Of a DNA stretch of 64,000 nucleotides, positions 21,001 through 32,026 are shown one piece after another. The stretch is from Ignavibacteriota bacterium (lineage in GTDB: Bacteria > Bacteroidota > Ignavibacteria > UBA10030): assembly GCA_963769605.1 (NCBI GenBank), contig CAVYML010000003.1, forward strand, positions 490,562 to 554,561. The letters run 5' to 3'. A program made the translations under genes and the position numbers. Each line of letters begins with the position of its first letter. The first letter of the stretch is position 1. The notes below the pieces were generated by a model. It saw nothing but the letters and a program-made list of their open reading frames with translations, was not told the origin of the DNA and searched no databases.

Positions 21001-24000
21001 ATCCCACAAAAGCCTGGGGTGGAGCACAGCTTGCTCTCGGCACATCAACAACGAACCTCGCCGATCAAAATATAAATTATATTCAGATGTGGGTAAAAAT
21101 TGTCGCTGGACAACCTACAGTAAAACTTAACATTGATCTCGGCTATATCAGTGAAAAGTCTTATCCTTTAGGCGGGAATACTTTGATGACTGAAGACGGT
21201 TTGGATAATCATGGAATTCCGACCGGTCTTATGCATCAGGATGAGGATGCAGGTATCGACGAATTAAGCGACGATCAGGAGAAACATAAATTTTCGAACT
21301 TCCGCAATGCTTATGCTGGCACACGACTTGCAGGTGCATTTGATAATGATCCATCGGGCGACGATTGGAAGCAGCCGCCAACGAGTATTAACGGGTCGCT
21401 TGACACGGGGGCGACTGCAATATCATTCGATGGATGCAATGGTGTCGAGGGCAATTATCAAAGCGAACTCGGATCGCGTTATCCCGATACGGAAGATTTA
21501 AACGGCGATGGAATTATGAATCCGCTGAATTCGTACTTTGAATATGAATTACCGCTGGACACAAACAATGCCGTCTTCGCGCAATATGTTACGGGAGTGG
21601 GAAATAACGGCTGGCATCAAGTCAGTATCCCTCTCGAATATTTTACGCGCCAGATCGGGAGCCCGACGCTTACCGATATCCAGGACATGCGTATCTGGGT
21701 GACCGGAGCAAGCGGCAAAGTTCTGTTCCGGATTGCGAATTTTAATCTTGTCGGCAACCAATGGAGAACCGAAATTCCGAACGATCCCGTGCTGCAAGTA
21801 AGTGCGGTGAACTATCAAGACAATCCGGATTACACACCCCCTGTTCCGCTTATTGTAGATCCGACCATTACAACTCAGACGGTCTATGAGAATGAGCAAT
21901 CTCTCGATCTTATCATAAGCAATCTCCAGCATGGTGATTCCACCAGAGCGGTAAAACTATTCAGTGCGCATCCGATTAATCTCTTGAATTATCATACGAT
22001 GAAAATGTTTCTTCACGGCGAAACACGAAACGATGTTTCGAAAGGGTACAAAGCTTTTGTGTATAAAGATTCGGCGCATTATGATGTGCGGATTGCCTTC
22101 CGGTTCGGGACAGATTCTTCCAATTATTACGAGTACACCGCTCCGCTAAAACCCACTTGGACAAACAACGATATGATTATCCATTTTGCCGACCTATCTT
22201 CCTTAAAGGCATTACGCGACAGTACGGAGGATGTGCATGGCCCTGTACCAAACGGCCTTCCGGGCGCCACTTATTGGATTAGAGGATTTCCGACATTGAC
22301 TGCCATCCAATATATGGCGATAGAAGTCAAGGATCATGATACGACAAAGAACATAAATGGCGAGGTATGGGTAGATGAACTACGTCTGACGGATGTCGAT
22401 AATACGCCGGGCTCCGCTTATAAACTCGATGCAAATATCAAGCTTGCAGATGTAGCCACTATCGGTTTTTCGCTTTCTCATCTCGGTCCAACCTTCCATT
22501 CGCTGGAGGACCAATTCGGCAACCATACAGACATGCTTTCATGGAGTCTTTCTTCGACGATCAACTTTGAAAAGTTCTTGCCTGAGAGCTGGGCCGGCAC
22601 ACAGCTTACCATGTCATATATGCATTCTGAAAATTATCAAAAGCCGCAGTATGTCCCGGGCTCGGATGTTTTAGTGGAACAGGCTGCGCAGCAGGTTGCC
22701 GCAGCGATTGCAAGGGGAGATACTACTGTGACCGTCAAACCGGACGATATTCGTCTTGCATCACAGACGCTGACCGTGACGGACAGTTACGCTCTTCCTT
22801 CACTTCGGCTCAATATTCCGCTGGATACATGGCTTGTCACAAAGACGATCAATCAGATGATATTCGGTTATTCATACAGCTCTACGTTTCAGCGTTCGCC
22901 GACGGTCGAATGGTCGAAATCCTGGACATGGGAAGCGCATGTATCGTATAATATTCAATTTTCTCCTGCGAATTCTTTTAAACCGTTCCACTGGCTGGGG
23001 AAATTTTTCCTTACAAGTATCTGGCAGGATCTTACGATTTATTTTACACCGAGGAACATATCTGTGACGACCTCCTTCACCCGGAGCCAATCGCAGAGCC
23101 AGACTCGATATTCGGCCACCGACAACCCTCTTGTATATAATCTTACAGCATCGCGGTCTTTAAATTTCACATGGCAATGGTTTGAAGGCAAATATCTCGA
23201 CCTGGGCACGAATTATCAGGTCGCAATCGGCAGTACTCTTTATGATCTTGAAACGGATCGATACGGGAACCAGCGATCCTTCTACGATATCCTGAAAGAT
23301 ATGATCTTAAGTGATCGTCTTATCGACTTCGGCGTCGATCAAAGTTATTCGCAGGGCATAACATGGAATCCTCAAATCAAAATTCCCAATACTACGTGGC
23401 TGGGAAAGTTCATCCGTCCATCTCTGCAGTATTCAACTCAGGTACAGCTGGGCGGACAATATCGGCTCCGGCGCTCTGGGGAAAAGTGCGGCCACGAACA
23501 GTTCATTTCGTTTTTCGACAGATATCGACCTGCACTCCATTAGTTCGGCTCTCTGGTCGTCGGATGGATCGTCATCGCCGCTGCCGAATGATACGAGCCG
23601 AAGCCGCGGAATCAAGAAGGCGTCGCAGCAGCTCTCAGCGTTGACAAAATTTCTTTTCAAAGACTTGCTCCTCGACTTTGACAGATTGACGTTCAGTTTT
23701 TCGAATGGCAACAATATCCAAAACACAGAGGTCACGGGTGGAGAAGGGTTCGCAAATCTTTTTGCGCGTGCTCCGTTTATCCAATCTTCCCTGCCGGAAA
23801 ACGGTCCATCGCTTCTCTATCAACTCGGTGTGTCTTCAGATCCTAATGGAAGAGTCGTGCTGGGTACGAAAAATTCTTTCCCGTTTATTACCGGATATAC
23901 CATTCCCGGATTGCGTGCAGACACCGGATTGCCGACGGATATGTTTTCACAAAATAATATGATCACGGTAGGCACCGGCAGGACTCTCTGGGAAGGAGCC

Positions 24001-24947
24001 CGGTCGACTTGAACTGGAATTATAGCTGGTCTTACAGCACAAATCAAACAATGTCGACCGATGAATTCGGACGGATACAAGATACGACAAACAGGACGAT
24101 AAGCGGAAGCATGCAGCGTTCGTTCCTTGCATTTCCTAATGTGTTTATCTTTAAAATATTTAATACGAGCATCGATAATGTGGATAAAAAATATGAAGCG
24201 TTAAAAAGCGATACGACACTCACAAACGATAAAAGACTTTCAATGGCTTTCCAGCAGGGATTCGAAGCGTTTCCATTTCTGACACAACTCTTCGGGTCGA
24301 TGCTCCCGCGAGTGAATTGGTCGTTTCACTGGAGCGGTCTGGAAAAGTTTTCTTTATTTAAGTCGTTTGCATCCAGTATTTCGCTGGAACATGCATATAC
24401 TTCGAGTTACAGTGAACAATGGAATGTCATGACATCGGGTGAAGAGGTCGTACAAAGTCAAAGCATCGCTTATGCTTTTTCTCCGCTCATCGGAGTAAAT
24501 ATCGAATTTAAAGGATTGGGGAAGGGTACTCTAAGTGCAAACTGCCGATATAACACCGGCACTACATTCGATCTTACACCTGCAAGTCTTAATGCGACAG
24601 AAACCGATCAGTCAAGCGTTACAGCGACCTTATCGTACCGCCAGCAGGGATTTAATCTTCCGTTGTTCGGAATATCTCTTTCGAATGATGTGGAGGGAAG
24701 CATGTCGTATTCCGTGAACAATAATTCAACGATTTTGTACAGCTTCGATCCTACATATACAAGCACTCCAGGGACCGGTTCGATCATGACGACTCTTCAA
24801 CCGCGAATCAAATATACACTCAGCTCGCGCATTACCGCCTCAATCTATTATCGGTATATGCGCACTGCACCGACATCGAGCGGGTCGAATGTGACAGGCA
24901 GTACGGCAAATGAAGGCGGGCTTGACGTGCATATCGCCATACAGTAA
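18003..24947 (+). CDS. sprA: Giant SprA/Sov-like T9SS outer-membrane translocon homolog (about 2300 codons). The frame is interrupted: 18003..23543 in frame 0, about 23362..24012 in frame +1, 24009..24947 back in frame 0.
   Basis: GTG start and signal-peptide-like N-terminus. Extremely long, beta-rich, N/S/T/Y/G-rich sequence typical of SprA. A PorX-like gene lies 10 nt downstream. The frame switches were verified by hand translation; see the SprA finding. Confidence 0.65.
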
Positions 24948-24992
24948 GAAGCGGGTTTGCTTCTCTTTTCTTTAATCGATACTTTAGAAATT

Positions 24993-26555
24993 ATGAAAAA
25001 GACCAAAAGAATATTATGGGTGGATGACGAAATCGATATGCTCCGCCCGCACCTTCGAATTCTGGAACAAAAAGGATACGAAGTCGAGACGGCGACTAAT
25101 GGCGACGACGCAATAATGCTCGTAAGAACGAAAAAATTTGATCTTGTCTTTCTCGATGAAATGATGCCCGGAATCGGAGGTCTGCAGACACTCGGTGCTT
25201 TGAAGGATCTGGAACCGGCGCTGCCGGTTGTCATGGTAACGAAGAATGAGGCGGAGAGTCTGATGGAAGAAGCGATAGGCGGGAAAATCACGGATTACCT
25301 GACAAAACCGGTCAATCCGAGTCAGATTCTTCTTGCATGCAAGAAAATATTCGAATCGAAAGAGATCGGCGACGCTCATGTCTCTCGAAATTATGTTGAA
25401 GAATTTCAGACCATCAACGATGTATTGTACGATCCCTTAAATCAGGAAGAATGGATCGAAATCTATAAAAAAATGACGGAATGGGACAGGGAACTCGATG
25501 CACATTCAGATCTTGGACTGCGGCAGACGCTGCTCGATCAGCGGCGGGAGGCAAATGCAAAATTTGCAAAATATGTCGAGAGTTCCTACAGGAAATGGCT
25601 TGAACAGCCGAATCGTGCGATTGCTCTCTCGCCCGATGTTGTCGAGCGATATGTGTTTCCGCAAATAAACGATTCCTGTTCGCTCTTTTTTATCGTCGTG
25701 GATTGTCTTCGGTACGACCAGTGGCTGGTGATGGAACAGATGCTGTCGGAATATTTTACGTTCGAGAAAAATTTTTATTTCAGTATCTTGCCTACGGCAA
25801 CACCGTATTCCCGCAATGCTATTTTCAGCGGGCTGTTTCCGTCAGAACTTCAAAAACGTTTTCCAGAGATATGGCAGGAGGGGGAAGACGATGAAAGCAG
25901 CCGAAACCGATATGAACATGAATTGTTGAACCGGCTTCTTGAACGAAAATTCACAAAGACCAAAACGGAAGCAAGATATGTAAAGATCTTAGACGCAGAA
26001 TTTGGAAAACAAATTGAATCGAATATTCTTTCGTATCTTCCAAACCGGTTAACCGCTATAGTCGTCAATTTTATCGATATGCTGGCGCATGGACGATCCG
26101 ATTCTCCCATTCTTAAGGAAATTGCTCCGGATGAAGCTGCCTATCGCACGCTCACGAGATCATGGTTTCAACATTCATCTCTCTTCGGTATGTTAAAAAC
26201 GCTGAGCCGGCAAAAAAATGTTAAGATCATCCTTACCACGGATCATGGAAGCGTGCGCTGCCTGCGCGGTGCAAAAGTTCTCGGGGACCGCGAAGCCTCC
26301 GCGAATTTGCGGTTCAAGTACGGACGCAATTTGAAGGTGGAAGAAAAGAATGCCTTCATTATGAAAAATCCCTCAGAGTATAACCTTCCAAAGGACAGCG
26401 TAACGACAAACTACATTATCGCTAAAGAAGATTATTATTTCGTTTATCCGACGGATTATCATAAGTACTTGAATTATTACCGCGATAGTTTTCAGCACGG
26501 AGGAATATCTCTTGAAGAGATGATTCTGCCGATTGTCAAGATGGAACCAAAATGA
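24993..26555 (+). CDS. porX: PorX-like response regulator: CheY-like receiver plus PglZ (alkaline-phosphatase superfamily) domain.
   Basis: MKKTKRILWVDDEIDML...DLVFLDEMMPGIGG...TKP receiver. Then PglZ motifs FIVVDCLRYDQW and ILTTDHGS. An alternative upstream start at 24957 is possible. Confidence 0.8.
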   Translation: MKKTKRILWVDDEIDMLRPHLRILEQKGYEVETATNGDDAIMLVRTKKFDLVFLDEMMPGIGGLQTLGALKDLEPALPVVMVTKNEAESLMEEAIGGKITDYLTKPVNPSQILLACKKIFESKEIGDAHVSRNYVEEFQTINDVLYDPLNQEEWIEIYKKMTEWDRELDAHSDLGLRQTLLDQRREANAKFAKYVESSYRKWLEQPNRAIALSPDVVERYVFPQINDSCSLFFIVVDCLRYDQWLVMEQMLSEYFTFEKNFYFSILPTATPYSRNAIFSGLFPSELQKRFPEIWQEGEDDESSRNRYEHELLNRLLERKFTKTKTEARYVKILDAEFGKQIESNILSYLPNRLTAIVVNFIDMLAHGRSDSPILKEIAPDEAAYRTLTRSWFQHSSLFGMLKTLSRQKNVKIILTTDHGSVRCLRGAKVLGDREASANLRFKYGRNLKVEEKNAFIMKNPSEYNLPKDSVTTNYIIAKEDYYFVYPTDYHKYLNYYRDSFQHGGISLEEMILPIVKMEPK

Positions 26556-26998
26556 TCGCCGAACAAGCGACGCAATCGGTGCAAGAGACCATTGTGTTTG
26601 CACAAACGTTTGCGAGCTTATTGCGGCGCGGAGATATCGTTGCCATCTACGGCGATCTGGGAAGCGGTAAAACACAGTTTGTCAAAGGGGCATGCAAAGC
26701 ATTGCATGCTGCATCGTCCATTGTAAGCCCGACGTTCGTGCTCCTCCATCGGTACGAAGGCCGTGACCATACAGGCAAAGAACTGCTGCTCTACCATCTT
26801 GACCTGTATCGTATTCAATCGCCGAACGAAATCTACGATCTTGGATACGAAGAATTTTTCGGCGGTGCAGGAATCACCTTCATTGAATGGGCGGAAAAGC
26901 TGGGAGAACTTTTGCCGAAACGCCGCTATGATGTGCACTGTTCTTACGGCGAAAAGGAAAACGAACGCGCCATTAAGATCGAGTTGCTTGAGGAGTAA
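26552..26998 (+). CDS. tsaE: tRNA t6A37 biosynthesis ATPase TsaE (YjeE).
   Basis: P-loop IYGDLGSGKTQFVKG and the YHxDxYRI motif. Start overlaps the porX stop (ATGA). Confidence 0.8.
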   Translation: MIAEQATQSVQETIVFAQTFASLLRRGDIVAIYGDLGSGKTQFVKGACKALHAASSIVSPTFVLLHRYEGRDHTGKELLLYHLDLYRIQSPNEIYDLGYEEFFGGAGITFIEWAEKLGELLPKRRYDVHCSYGEKENERAIKIELLEE

Positions 26999-27001
26999 AT
27001 T

Positions 27002-27664
27002 GTGGCGATATTAGGCATTGAAACGTCTACAGCAGTTTGTTCGGCGGGCATGATCGAAGAGAATGGAGGCGTGAAAGAGCTTGCACTTATCGAATCGCAC
27101 ATCCATTCGGAAAAACTGTTGAATCTGATTGAGGAAGTTTGCAGCGGCTCATTGAAGCTGCTGCAAGGCGTGGCTGTGTCTATCGGGCCGGGTTCCTTTA
27201 CTGGTCTGCGGATCGGATTGAGTACGGCAAAAGGATTGTGTTACGGATTGGGCATCCCTCTTTTAACGGTTCCAACATTTAAAGCAATTGCCCGATGTGC
27301 TGCACGGAAGAAGGAATGCGATTCCCTTTTGATTTGTCTGGATGCCAAGCAAGGCGAGTATTATGCGGCATCCTGGCGTAAAGAAGCGCAAGGAAGAGAG
27401 CAAGAATCCGCCGTGCAGATTCTTACAATGCCGGACGTACTACGTTTGATTCCCGGATCTGCTTTGCTTGTGACCGATTGTCCGGATGCAATGCAGAAGA
27501 TCGATGCCGTTCTTCAAATTGAAGATGTGCATCAATTCTGCAGCGGAGCAATAGTTGCCGAGCTTGGAAGGGAAATGCTGGAGAATGGTCAACAGGCCGA
27601 TGTGGCGTCGTGTGAACCGCTTTATTTAAAAGATTTTATCGTTCGGACACGGCTGAAAACATAA
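27002..27664 (+). CDS. tsaB: tRNA t6A37 biosynthesis protein TsaB (YeaZ).
   Basis: GTG start. ILGIETST...GPGSFTGLRIG matches the Kae1/TsaB-family N-terminus. Confidence 0.8.
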   Translation: MAILGIETSTAVCSAGMIEENGGVKELALIESHIHSEKLLNLIEEVCSGSLKLLQGVAVSIGPGSFTGLRIGLSTAKGLCYGLGIPLLTVPTFKAIARCAARKKECDSLLICLDAKQGEYYAASWRKEAQGREQESAVQILTMPDVLRLIPGSALLVTDCPDAMQKIDAVLQIEDVHQFCSGAIVAELGREMLENGQQADVASCEPLYLKDFIVRTRLKT

Positions 27665-27744
27665 AAAGAAAAATCCTATTCGTACGAGGCAAAGTTTCGC
27701 CCCGACGGATAGGGAAACGGCTTAAAGAATGTGAGGAGATTCTT

Positions 27745-28587
27745 ATGGCGTGGTTTAAACGGTCAAAAGAAAATATTTCTTCCGATGGTCAAAAAAAAGA
27801 TATTCCGGACGGTATGTGGACAAAATGCGACGGCTGCGGAGAAATTATACATAAAAAGCAACTGGAGCAGAATTATTTTACCTGTGCCAAATGCAACTAT
27901 CATTTTCGCATCGGCAGCAAAGAGTATTTTGAAATTCTTTTGGACCACGGAACATTCAAAGAAACAGAAAAAAGAATGCGATCCCTGGATATTCTGGGAT
28001 TTATCGATACCAAGCCGTATGCGAAGCGAATCGACGAGTCGATAAAGAAAACAGGTTTGCATGACGCCGTTCGAACCGGGGAGGGAGAAATCAACGGTAT
28101 TCCTCTTATCATTGCATGCATGGATTTTTCCTTTATAGGCGGGAGCATGGGATCGGTCGTCGGTGAAAAAATTTCACGTGCGGCCGATCTGGCACGGAGA
28201 AAAAAACGTCCGCTGCTTGTAGTATCCTCAAGCGGAGGTGCACGAATGCAGGAAGCTGCTCTTTCGCTCATGCAGATGGCAAAGACAAGCGCAAAAATAG
28301 CACAGCTTTCCGATGCCGGAATACCGTATATTGCTGTTCTCGCCGATCCCACAGCGGGCGGTGTAACGGCGAGTTTTGCCATGCTGGGGGATGTTCAAAT
28401 TGCCGAACCATCTGCATTTATCGGTTTTGCAGGCCCGCGCGTTATCAAGCAAACTATCGGCAAAGACCTGCCGAAAGGATTTCAACGGTCGGAATTCCAG
28501 CTGGAAAAAGGGTTTGTGGATATGGTGGTGCATCGCAAAGAATTAAAACAGACCATTACAAAAGTTTTACAGCATCTGAATCCGTAA
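27745..28587 (+). CDS. accD: Acetyl-CoA carboxylase carboxyltransferase beta subunit.
   Basis: Zn-ribbon CDGCGE...CAKCNYHFR and the carboxyltransferase fold GGSMGSVVGEK...SGGARMQE. Confidence 0.9.
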   Translation: MAWFKRSKENISSDGQKKDIPDGMWTKCDGCGEIIHKKQLEQNYFTCAKCNYHFRIGSKEYFEILLDHGTFKETEKRMRSLDILGFIDTKPYAKRIDESIKKTGLHDAVRTGEGEINGIPLIIACMDFSFIGGSMGSVVGEKISRAADLARRKKRPLLVVSSSGGARMQEAALSLMQMAKTSAKIAQLSDAGIPYIAVLADPTAGGVTASFAMLGDVQIAEPSAFIGFAGPRVIKQTIGKDLPKGFQRSEFQLEKGFVDMVVHRKELKQTITKVLQHLNP

Positions 28588-28597
28588 GGCTCCTATC

Positions 28598-29452
28598 GTG
28601 GCTCTTCAAGTTATTCACTCAACTCAGGAAATGCAGCAAGCATCCGATCAATTACATCTGTCGCGCAAGAAAATTGCACTCGTTCCAACGATGGGGTATC
28701 TGCATGCCGGGCACGTCAGCCTGTTCAAACTTGCGCGTGCACATGCCGATATCGTTGCTGCGACAATTTTTGTCAACCCCACGCAATTTGGTCCGAACGA
28801 GGATTACAACCGTTATCCGCGCGACTTTGAGCACGACCGTTTTCTGGCTGGAGAAGCAGGCGTCGATATCGTTTTTGCCCCGTCCGACGGAGAAATGTAT
28901 GCGCCGGGGTACGCCAGTTATGTCGAAGTAGAACATGTCTCTAAAATCTTCGAAGGCGCTTTCCGTCCGACCCATTTTCGCGGTGTAACGACCATTGTAG
29001 CGAAATTTTTCAATATCGTACGGCCTCAAACCGCTCTCTTCGGCCAGAAAGATGCGCAACAGGCCTTTCTCTTAAAAAAAATGACGCACGATTTAAACTT
29101 TAATATTGAAATTCTCGTTGCACCCATTATCCGGGAAACGGACGGCCTGGCTATGAGTTCGCGCAACGCCTATCTGTCAAAAACGGAACGGCAGCAGGCG
29201 CTTGTTCTCTCACAGTCGCTTTTCCATGCACAAAAGCGTATAACGGAAGGCGAACGGAATTGTAATCTGATTGTAAATGAAATGAAAAACATCATTCTCT
29301 CCGGTCGGCCTTCACAGATTGATTATATAGCCTGCGTCGATCCTGCGACGTTCGAGATTCTTCCGAATGCAGCCAAGCCGCAGATCCTTTTTCTCCTTGC
29401 CGTTCGTTTCGGGCCGACACGTCTTATCGATAATATTCTTATCACTCTTTAA
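28598..29452 (+). CDS. panC: Pantoate--beta-alanine ligase.
   Basis: VPTMGYLHAGHVSL (HIGH-like motif) and FGQKDAQQ. Confidence 0.9.
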   Translation: MALQVIHSTQEMQQASDQLHLSRKKIALVPTMGYLHAGHVSLFKLARAHADIVAATIFVNPTQFGPNEDYNRYPRDFEHDRFLAGEAGVDIVFAPSDGEMYAPGYASYVEVEHVSKIFEGAFRPTHFRGVTTIVAKFFNIVRPQTALFGQKDAQQAFLLKKMTHDLNFNIEILVAPIIRETDGLAMSSRNAYLSKTERQQALVLSQSLFHAQKRITEGERNCNLIVNEMKNIILSGRPSQIDYIACVDPATFEILPNAAKPQILFLLAVRFGPTRLIDNILITL

Positions 29453-29461
29453 AAAAATAAA

Positions 29462-30226
29462 ATGACATCTCATCCTCCGAATATGCATCTCTTCACAGTT
29501 ATTATGGCTGCGGGAAAGGGAACCCGCATGAAAGATCCCGGCAAAGCAAAAGTAATGTATGAAGTTTTGGGGAAACCGATGATTCATTATGTGCTGGATG
29601 TTGCTTCTGCCGTGCATTCGTACCGCGTTCTTGCGATTGTCGGTTACCGTCGGGATGCTGTTATTGCTTACATCGAGCGTTTCCACCCGAATGTGGAAAT
29701 TGTCGTTCAGGCGGAACAGCTCGGGACAGGGCACGCAATCATGCAGACGCAAAACCTTTTGTCGGAATGTGTCGGCAATGTCGTTATTCTCTCCGGTGAT
29801 GTGCCTCTCCTGACGGCATACAGCATACAGCGCCTCATCGATCATCATCTGCAATCTCAAGCTTCGGCCACGATCCTTACCGCGCGATATGACGATCCGA
29901 CAGGGTACGGCAGAATCATCCGCAATCACGGCGGCTCCGTAAAAAAAATAGTCGAGCAAAAGGACGCGACGGCGGAAGAAAAAGCCGTCCATGAAATCAA
30001 TTCCGGCATCTATGTTTTTGATTGCCGAAAATTGTTCGATGCGCTCAAGACTCTTCAGCCGAATAATGTTCAAAAAGAATATTATTTGACCGATGTCTTC
30101 GAATATTTTTGGAATCAACAATGGGTTATCAACGCTCTTCCGGCGGAACATCCGGACGAAATTAAGGGTGTGAATACGCTCGAACAGTTGGAAGAAGTCC
30201 GGAAAGTTCTGCTTTCCCGATTATGA
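29462..30226 (+). CDS. Sugar-phosphate nucleotidyltransferase, like the GlmU N-terminal domain, with no acetyltransferase domain.
   Basis: IMAAGKGTRMK...LGTGHA...SGDVPL. The real start may be the Met at 29483. Confidence 0.6.
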   Translation: MTSHPPNMHLFTVIMAAGKGTRMKDPGKAKVMYEVLGKPMIHYVLDVASAVHSYRVLAIVGYRRDAVIAYIERFHPNVEIVVQAEQLGTGHAIMQTQNLLSECVGNVVILSGDVPLLTAYSIQRLIDHHLQSQASATILTARYDDPTGYGRIIRNHGGSVKKIVEQKDATAEEKAVHEINSGIYVFDCRKLFDALKTLQPNNVQKEYYLTDVFEYFWNQQWVINALPAEHPDEIKGVNTLEQLEEVRKVLLSRL

Positions 30227-30253
30227 CATCTCTTTGATAGAAAGGAAAGAACT

Positions 30254-31741
30254 ATGTCGGCCATCCTTCGAAGATTTTGGGAAAAACACCCGCTCGCATC
30301 GATTCTGCTCGTTGCTTTACTGCCGAGGCTTATCGCCGCATTTTTTTCTAAAGGATATGGCATGCACGATGATCATTTCGGACCCATCGAACAGCCGTTC
30401 ATCATCATGCATGACCATTCGTACTGGGATGACCGCTCCGGCGTCCACGGGCACAGCATTGTCTACCCTGCCATCCATTTTGTTTTATTCAGGGGAATGC
30501 AGGCAGTGGGCATGCAGGACCCTCAGGATAAAATGCTGGTTGTGCGCCTGCTCCATGCATTGTACTCGCTGCTGATTGTTTACTTCGGCTACCGCATTGC
30601 TGAAAGGTTCTCTTCGCGCGAGACGGCGAAAAAAGCAGGATTGCTGCTTGCCCTTTTTTGGCCTTTGCCGTTTATCAGCGTCCATAATCTGATCGAAGTG
30701 GTTTGCATTCCGCCGATGATGGCCGGGTTGTATTATATCATGCGCTCGGATGAGAAAAGGAAATTCGCATTTTATGCAGGGCTTTGTTTCGGGTTATCGT
30801 TTGTGTTTCGCTACCAGACATTGATTGTTGTCAGTACCGTCGGGCTAATCCTGCTTTTACGAAAACAATGGAAGGAAACTCTGCTGCTGGCGGCGGGATC
30901 ATTACTTTGTGCCACACTGATCCAGGGTTCAGCAGATATCTTTGCTTGGGGATATCCTTATGCAGCGTTTATAGAATATTTCCGGTATAATTCGACCCAC
31001 AGCATGGATTATACAGTCGGCCCATGGTATAATTATGCCCTGCTTCTTCTGGGCGCCTTTATTCCTCCAACGAGTTTTTTCCTCTTCTATGGCTGGATCA
31101 AAAACTGGAAAAAAACCTCAATCGTTTTCTTTTCCACTCTGGCGTTCTTTGTTTTTCTCTCCTATTTCCCGAATAAGCAGGAACGGTTTGTCTTCACCGT
31201 AGTACCGCCTATTTTTCTTCTCAGTGTGATCGGATGGATGGAGGCCACGGCGGTATCCGAATTCTGGCAGAAACATAGAAAAGTAGTCAGGACGCTGTGG
31301 ATTTGGTTCTGGATTATGAATTTTGTTCTCTTGATACCGTTTTCTATTTATTATTCAAAACGATCGCGTTGTGAATCGATGTATTATTTTTACGGAAAGA
31401 AAATTACGGGACTTGTGCTGGTTGGAGGCAATGTCGGAACCATTCAGCCGCCGCAATTCTATTCCGATCAGTACGTAAAAAACCTTTTTCAGATCGAAAG
31501 CGATGCCGACATTCAGCCGGTTGCGCAGCAATTACGGTGTGCAGCAGTACAGCCAAATTATGCAATACTCTGGGGGATCGAAGATGTCGATGCACGGCAT
31601 GCACGGATGGAAAACGCAATGGGGCAGAAACTTATTTTTGAAAAGCAGATTGATCCGAGCTTTCTGGACGATGTTTTTTATCGGTTGAATCCGAAACACA
31701 ATAAAAATCAATCGGCTTTCATTTATAGGATTGAACAATAA
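30254..31741 (+). CDS. Polytopic membrane protein, probably a GT-C-fold glycosyl/mannosyltransferase (PMT/ArnT/Alg9-like).
   Basis: 495 aa with about 11 predicted TMs and an early HDDH/DxD-like acidic motif. The assignment is by architecture only. Confidence 0.45.
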   Translation: MSAILRRFWEKHPLASILLVALLPRLIAAFFSKGYGMHDDHFGPIEQPFIIMHDHSYWDDRSGVHGHSIVYPAIHFVLFRGMQAVGMQDPQDKMLVVRLLHALYSLLIVYFGYRIAERFSSRETAKKAGLLLALFWPLPFISVHNLIEVVCIPPMMAGLYYIMRSDEKRKFAFYAGLCFGLSFVFRYQTLIVVSTVGLILLLRKQWKETLLLAAGSLLCATLIQGSADIFAWGYPYAAFIEYFRYNSTHSMDYTVGPWYNYALLLLGAFIPPTSFFLFYGWIKNWKKTSIVFFSTLAFFVFLSYFPNKQERFVFTVVPPIFLLSVIGWMEATAVSEFWQKHRKVVRTLWIWFWIMNFVLLIPFSIYYSKRSRCESMYYFYGKKITGLVLVGGNVGTIQPPQFYSDQYVKNLFQIESDADIQPVAQQLRCAAVQPNYAILWGIEDVDARHARMENAMGQKLIFEKQIDPSFLDDVFYRLNPKHNKNQSAFIYRIEQ

Positions 31742-32026
31742 TTTGACAACTGCTCAGCGGGTCATAATTTTATAGTTATTTCTTATTCGGATTTTTTTTA
31801 TTCTCCTTTAAGAGCTGCATGAGATTGCCAAGTTCAAATATAATCTTGAGACGCAGACGAATTGACTCGGATCTTTACAGGCCTTCCATCCGCTTCATCC
31901 TGAAGAAGTTCTCAAAGGGATTCCTTTCTTATCAGCATGGGAAGTGAACACAGATTAGCGGATAACGGCCGGACGGATTTTGCAAGTGGCTGAGGCAAAA
32001 TTTTAAGGTTATTTTCGAGAGCTGAA

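Noticed and set aside
23363-23962. ORFs 23363..23644(+) and 23705..23962(+) inside the sprA region.
   Set aside because: Arg/Ser-rich, low-complexity translations in a frame not used by the SprA-like sequence. They are spurious.
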